From an uncultured Methylomirabilota bacterium (GTDB lineage: Bacteria > Methylomirabilota > Methylomirabilia > Methylomirabilales > 2-02-FULL-66-22), in contig OY970067.1 in NCBI GenBank assembly GCA_963705305.1, positions 544,001 to 608,000 on the forward strand: a stretch of DNA of 64,000 nucleotides, given 5' to 3'. The translations under genes were made by a program, and so were the position numbers. How positions within the stretch are numbered: position 1 is the stretch's first letter; the number at the start of each line of letters is the position of its first letter. This document shows, piece by piece, positions 63,132 to 64,000 of this stretch. The notes beneath the pieces are model-generated. The model did not search any database and was not told the DNA's origin. It saw nothing but the letters and a program-made list of their open reading frames with translations.

Positions 63132-64000
63132 ATGAGCACAGCGACCGTATCGGCGCCCGTCGCCGAGAAACAGATGTTGATGAGCGGCTGTGCCGCCATC
63201 GCTCAGGCCTTGCGCCTCGCCAACCTGGATGTCGTGACCGCGTATCCTATCCGTCCCTACGACACCGTGATGCAGGCGGTGGCCAAGCTGATCGCCAACG
63301 GCGAGCTGGATGCCGAGTACATCGTGGCCTCCAGCGAGCACGACCAGTTCGAGATCGTCAAGCACGCCTCCGCCGTGGGTGCCCGTGTGTTCTGCGGCAG
63401 CAGCGGCGTGGGCTGGATGTACGCCATGGAAGCCCTGGCGGTGACGCCTGCCCTGCGCCTCCCCCTGCTGGCGCTGGTGGGAAACAGGGCCCTGGACGAC
63501 CCGGGGGCCTTCGGCTGCGAGCACAACGACGCCCTCTGCGTGCGGGACCTGGGCTGGATGCTCACCTGGGTGGACACCGCCCAGGAGGCGCTGGACACCG
63601 CCCTGATCTGCTACCGGGTGGCGGAGGATCCGCGCGTCTTCCTGCCCTGCGCCATCGGCGCGGATGGGGCCTTCCTCACCCACTCCGAGGCCATGGTGAA
63701 GGTCCCCACGCAGGACCAGGTGGATCGCTTCCTTCCCAAGTACGACCGGGGAGACAAGCTGCTCCACCCGGACAACCCCATCACCGTGGCACCCCAGGCC
63801 AACGAGGACTGGGTGATGGAGATCCGGAAGCAGAACGACGAGGCCATGCGCCGGGCGCGCGGGGTGATCCAGGAGGCGTACCAGGACTATCACCGGATCT
63901 TCGGCCGCCAGGAGGGCAACCCCTTCGTGGAAGAGTACATGACCGAGGATGCCGAGGTAATCCTGTTCGGCCAGGGCACGCTGTCCCTGCCGGTGAAGGT
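63132..64000 (+). CDS. 2-oxoacid:ferredoxin oxidoreductase alpha subunit, YPIRP type (partial, runs off the window)
   Basis: SGCAAIA, AYPIRPY, SEHDQ, GSSGVG, NRALDDPGAFGCEHND; GGAGG RBS. Confidence 0.88.
   Translation, partial: MSTATVSAPVAEKQMLMSGCAAIAQALRLANLDVVTAYPIRPYDTVMQAVAKLIANGELDAEYIVASSEHDQFEIVKHASAVGARVFCGSSGVGWMYAMEALAVTPALRLPLLALVGNRALDDPGAFGCEHNDALCVRDLGWMLTWVDTAQEALDTALICYRVAEDPRVFLPCAIGADGAFLTHSEAMVKVPTQDQVDRFLPKYDRGDKLLHPDNPITVAPQANEDWVMEIRKQNDEAMRRARGVIQEAYQDYHRIFGRQEGNPFVEEYMTEDAEVILFGQGTLSLPVK

Overview
High-GC bacterial chromosomal window; lineage is not determinable from sequence alone, but the gene mix (yicC-remA-gmk-rpoZ, futalosine pathway, CIRCE-controlled groESL) would fit a Methylomirabilota/Rokubacteria- or deltaproteobacteria-like organism (inference). 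1-8.1 kb looks like one end of an element integrated at the 3' end of tRNA-Leu(CAA). It has 11-bp-phased TTGTACCA repeats, a replication-relaxation-family nuclease, a VirD4-like ATPase and a duplicated unknown gene. That gene pair is translationally coupled to an excisionase-HTH/REC + REC + PilZ signalling cassette, and mgsA and a bactofilin are carried as cargo. 8.4-44.4 kb is mostly core genome: tRNA-Ala, PAS hybrid kinase, AmmeMemoRadiSam B, SurA/PpiD-like, mreBCD-mrdA-rodA, a sugar(-acid) cluster with orphan dctP and a dctQM deletion scar, mqnA/deaminase/mobAB, rpoZ, frameshifted gmk, remA, yicC, proS, ispG, rseP, dxr, ftsB, eno, an apparently catalytically dead phosphohexomutase, alr and groESL. 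45.5-60.4 kb is an unusual potassium-homeostasis locus: 2 TrkA/RCK proteins, 3 KimA-like APC transporters, a HAMP-PAS kinase/regulator pair and an N-terminally short KdpD plus KdpE, with no kdpABC or trkH. The window ends with a FadR regulator and a YPIRP-type (oxalate oxidoreductase-like) 2-oxoacid:ferredoxin oxidoreductase. Non-coding highlights are tandem NrdR-like boxes, a structured leader RNA candidate and a REP/MITE-like repeat family that starts at TAG stop codons.
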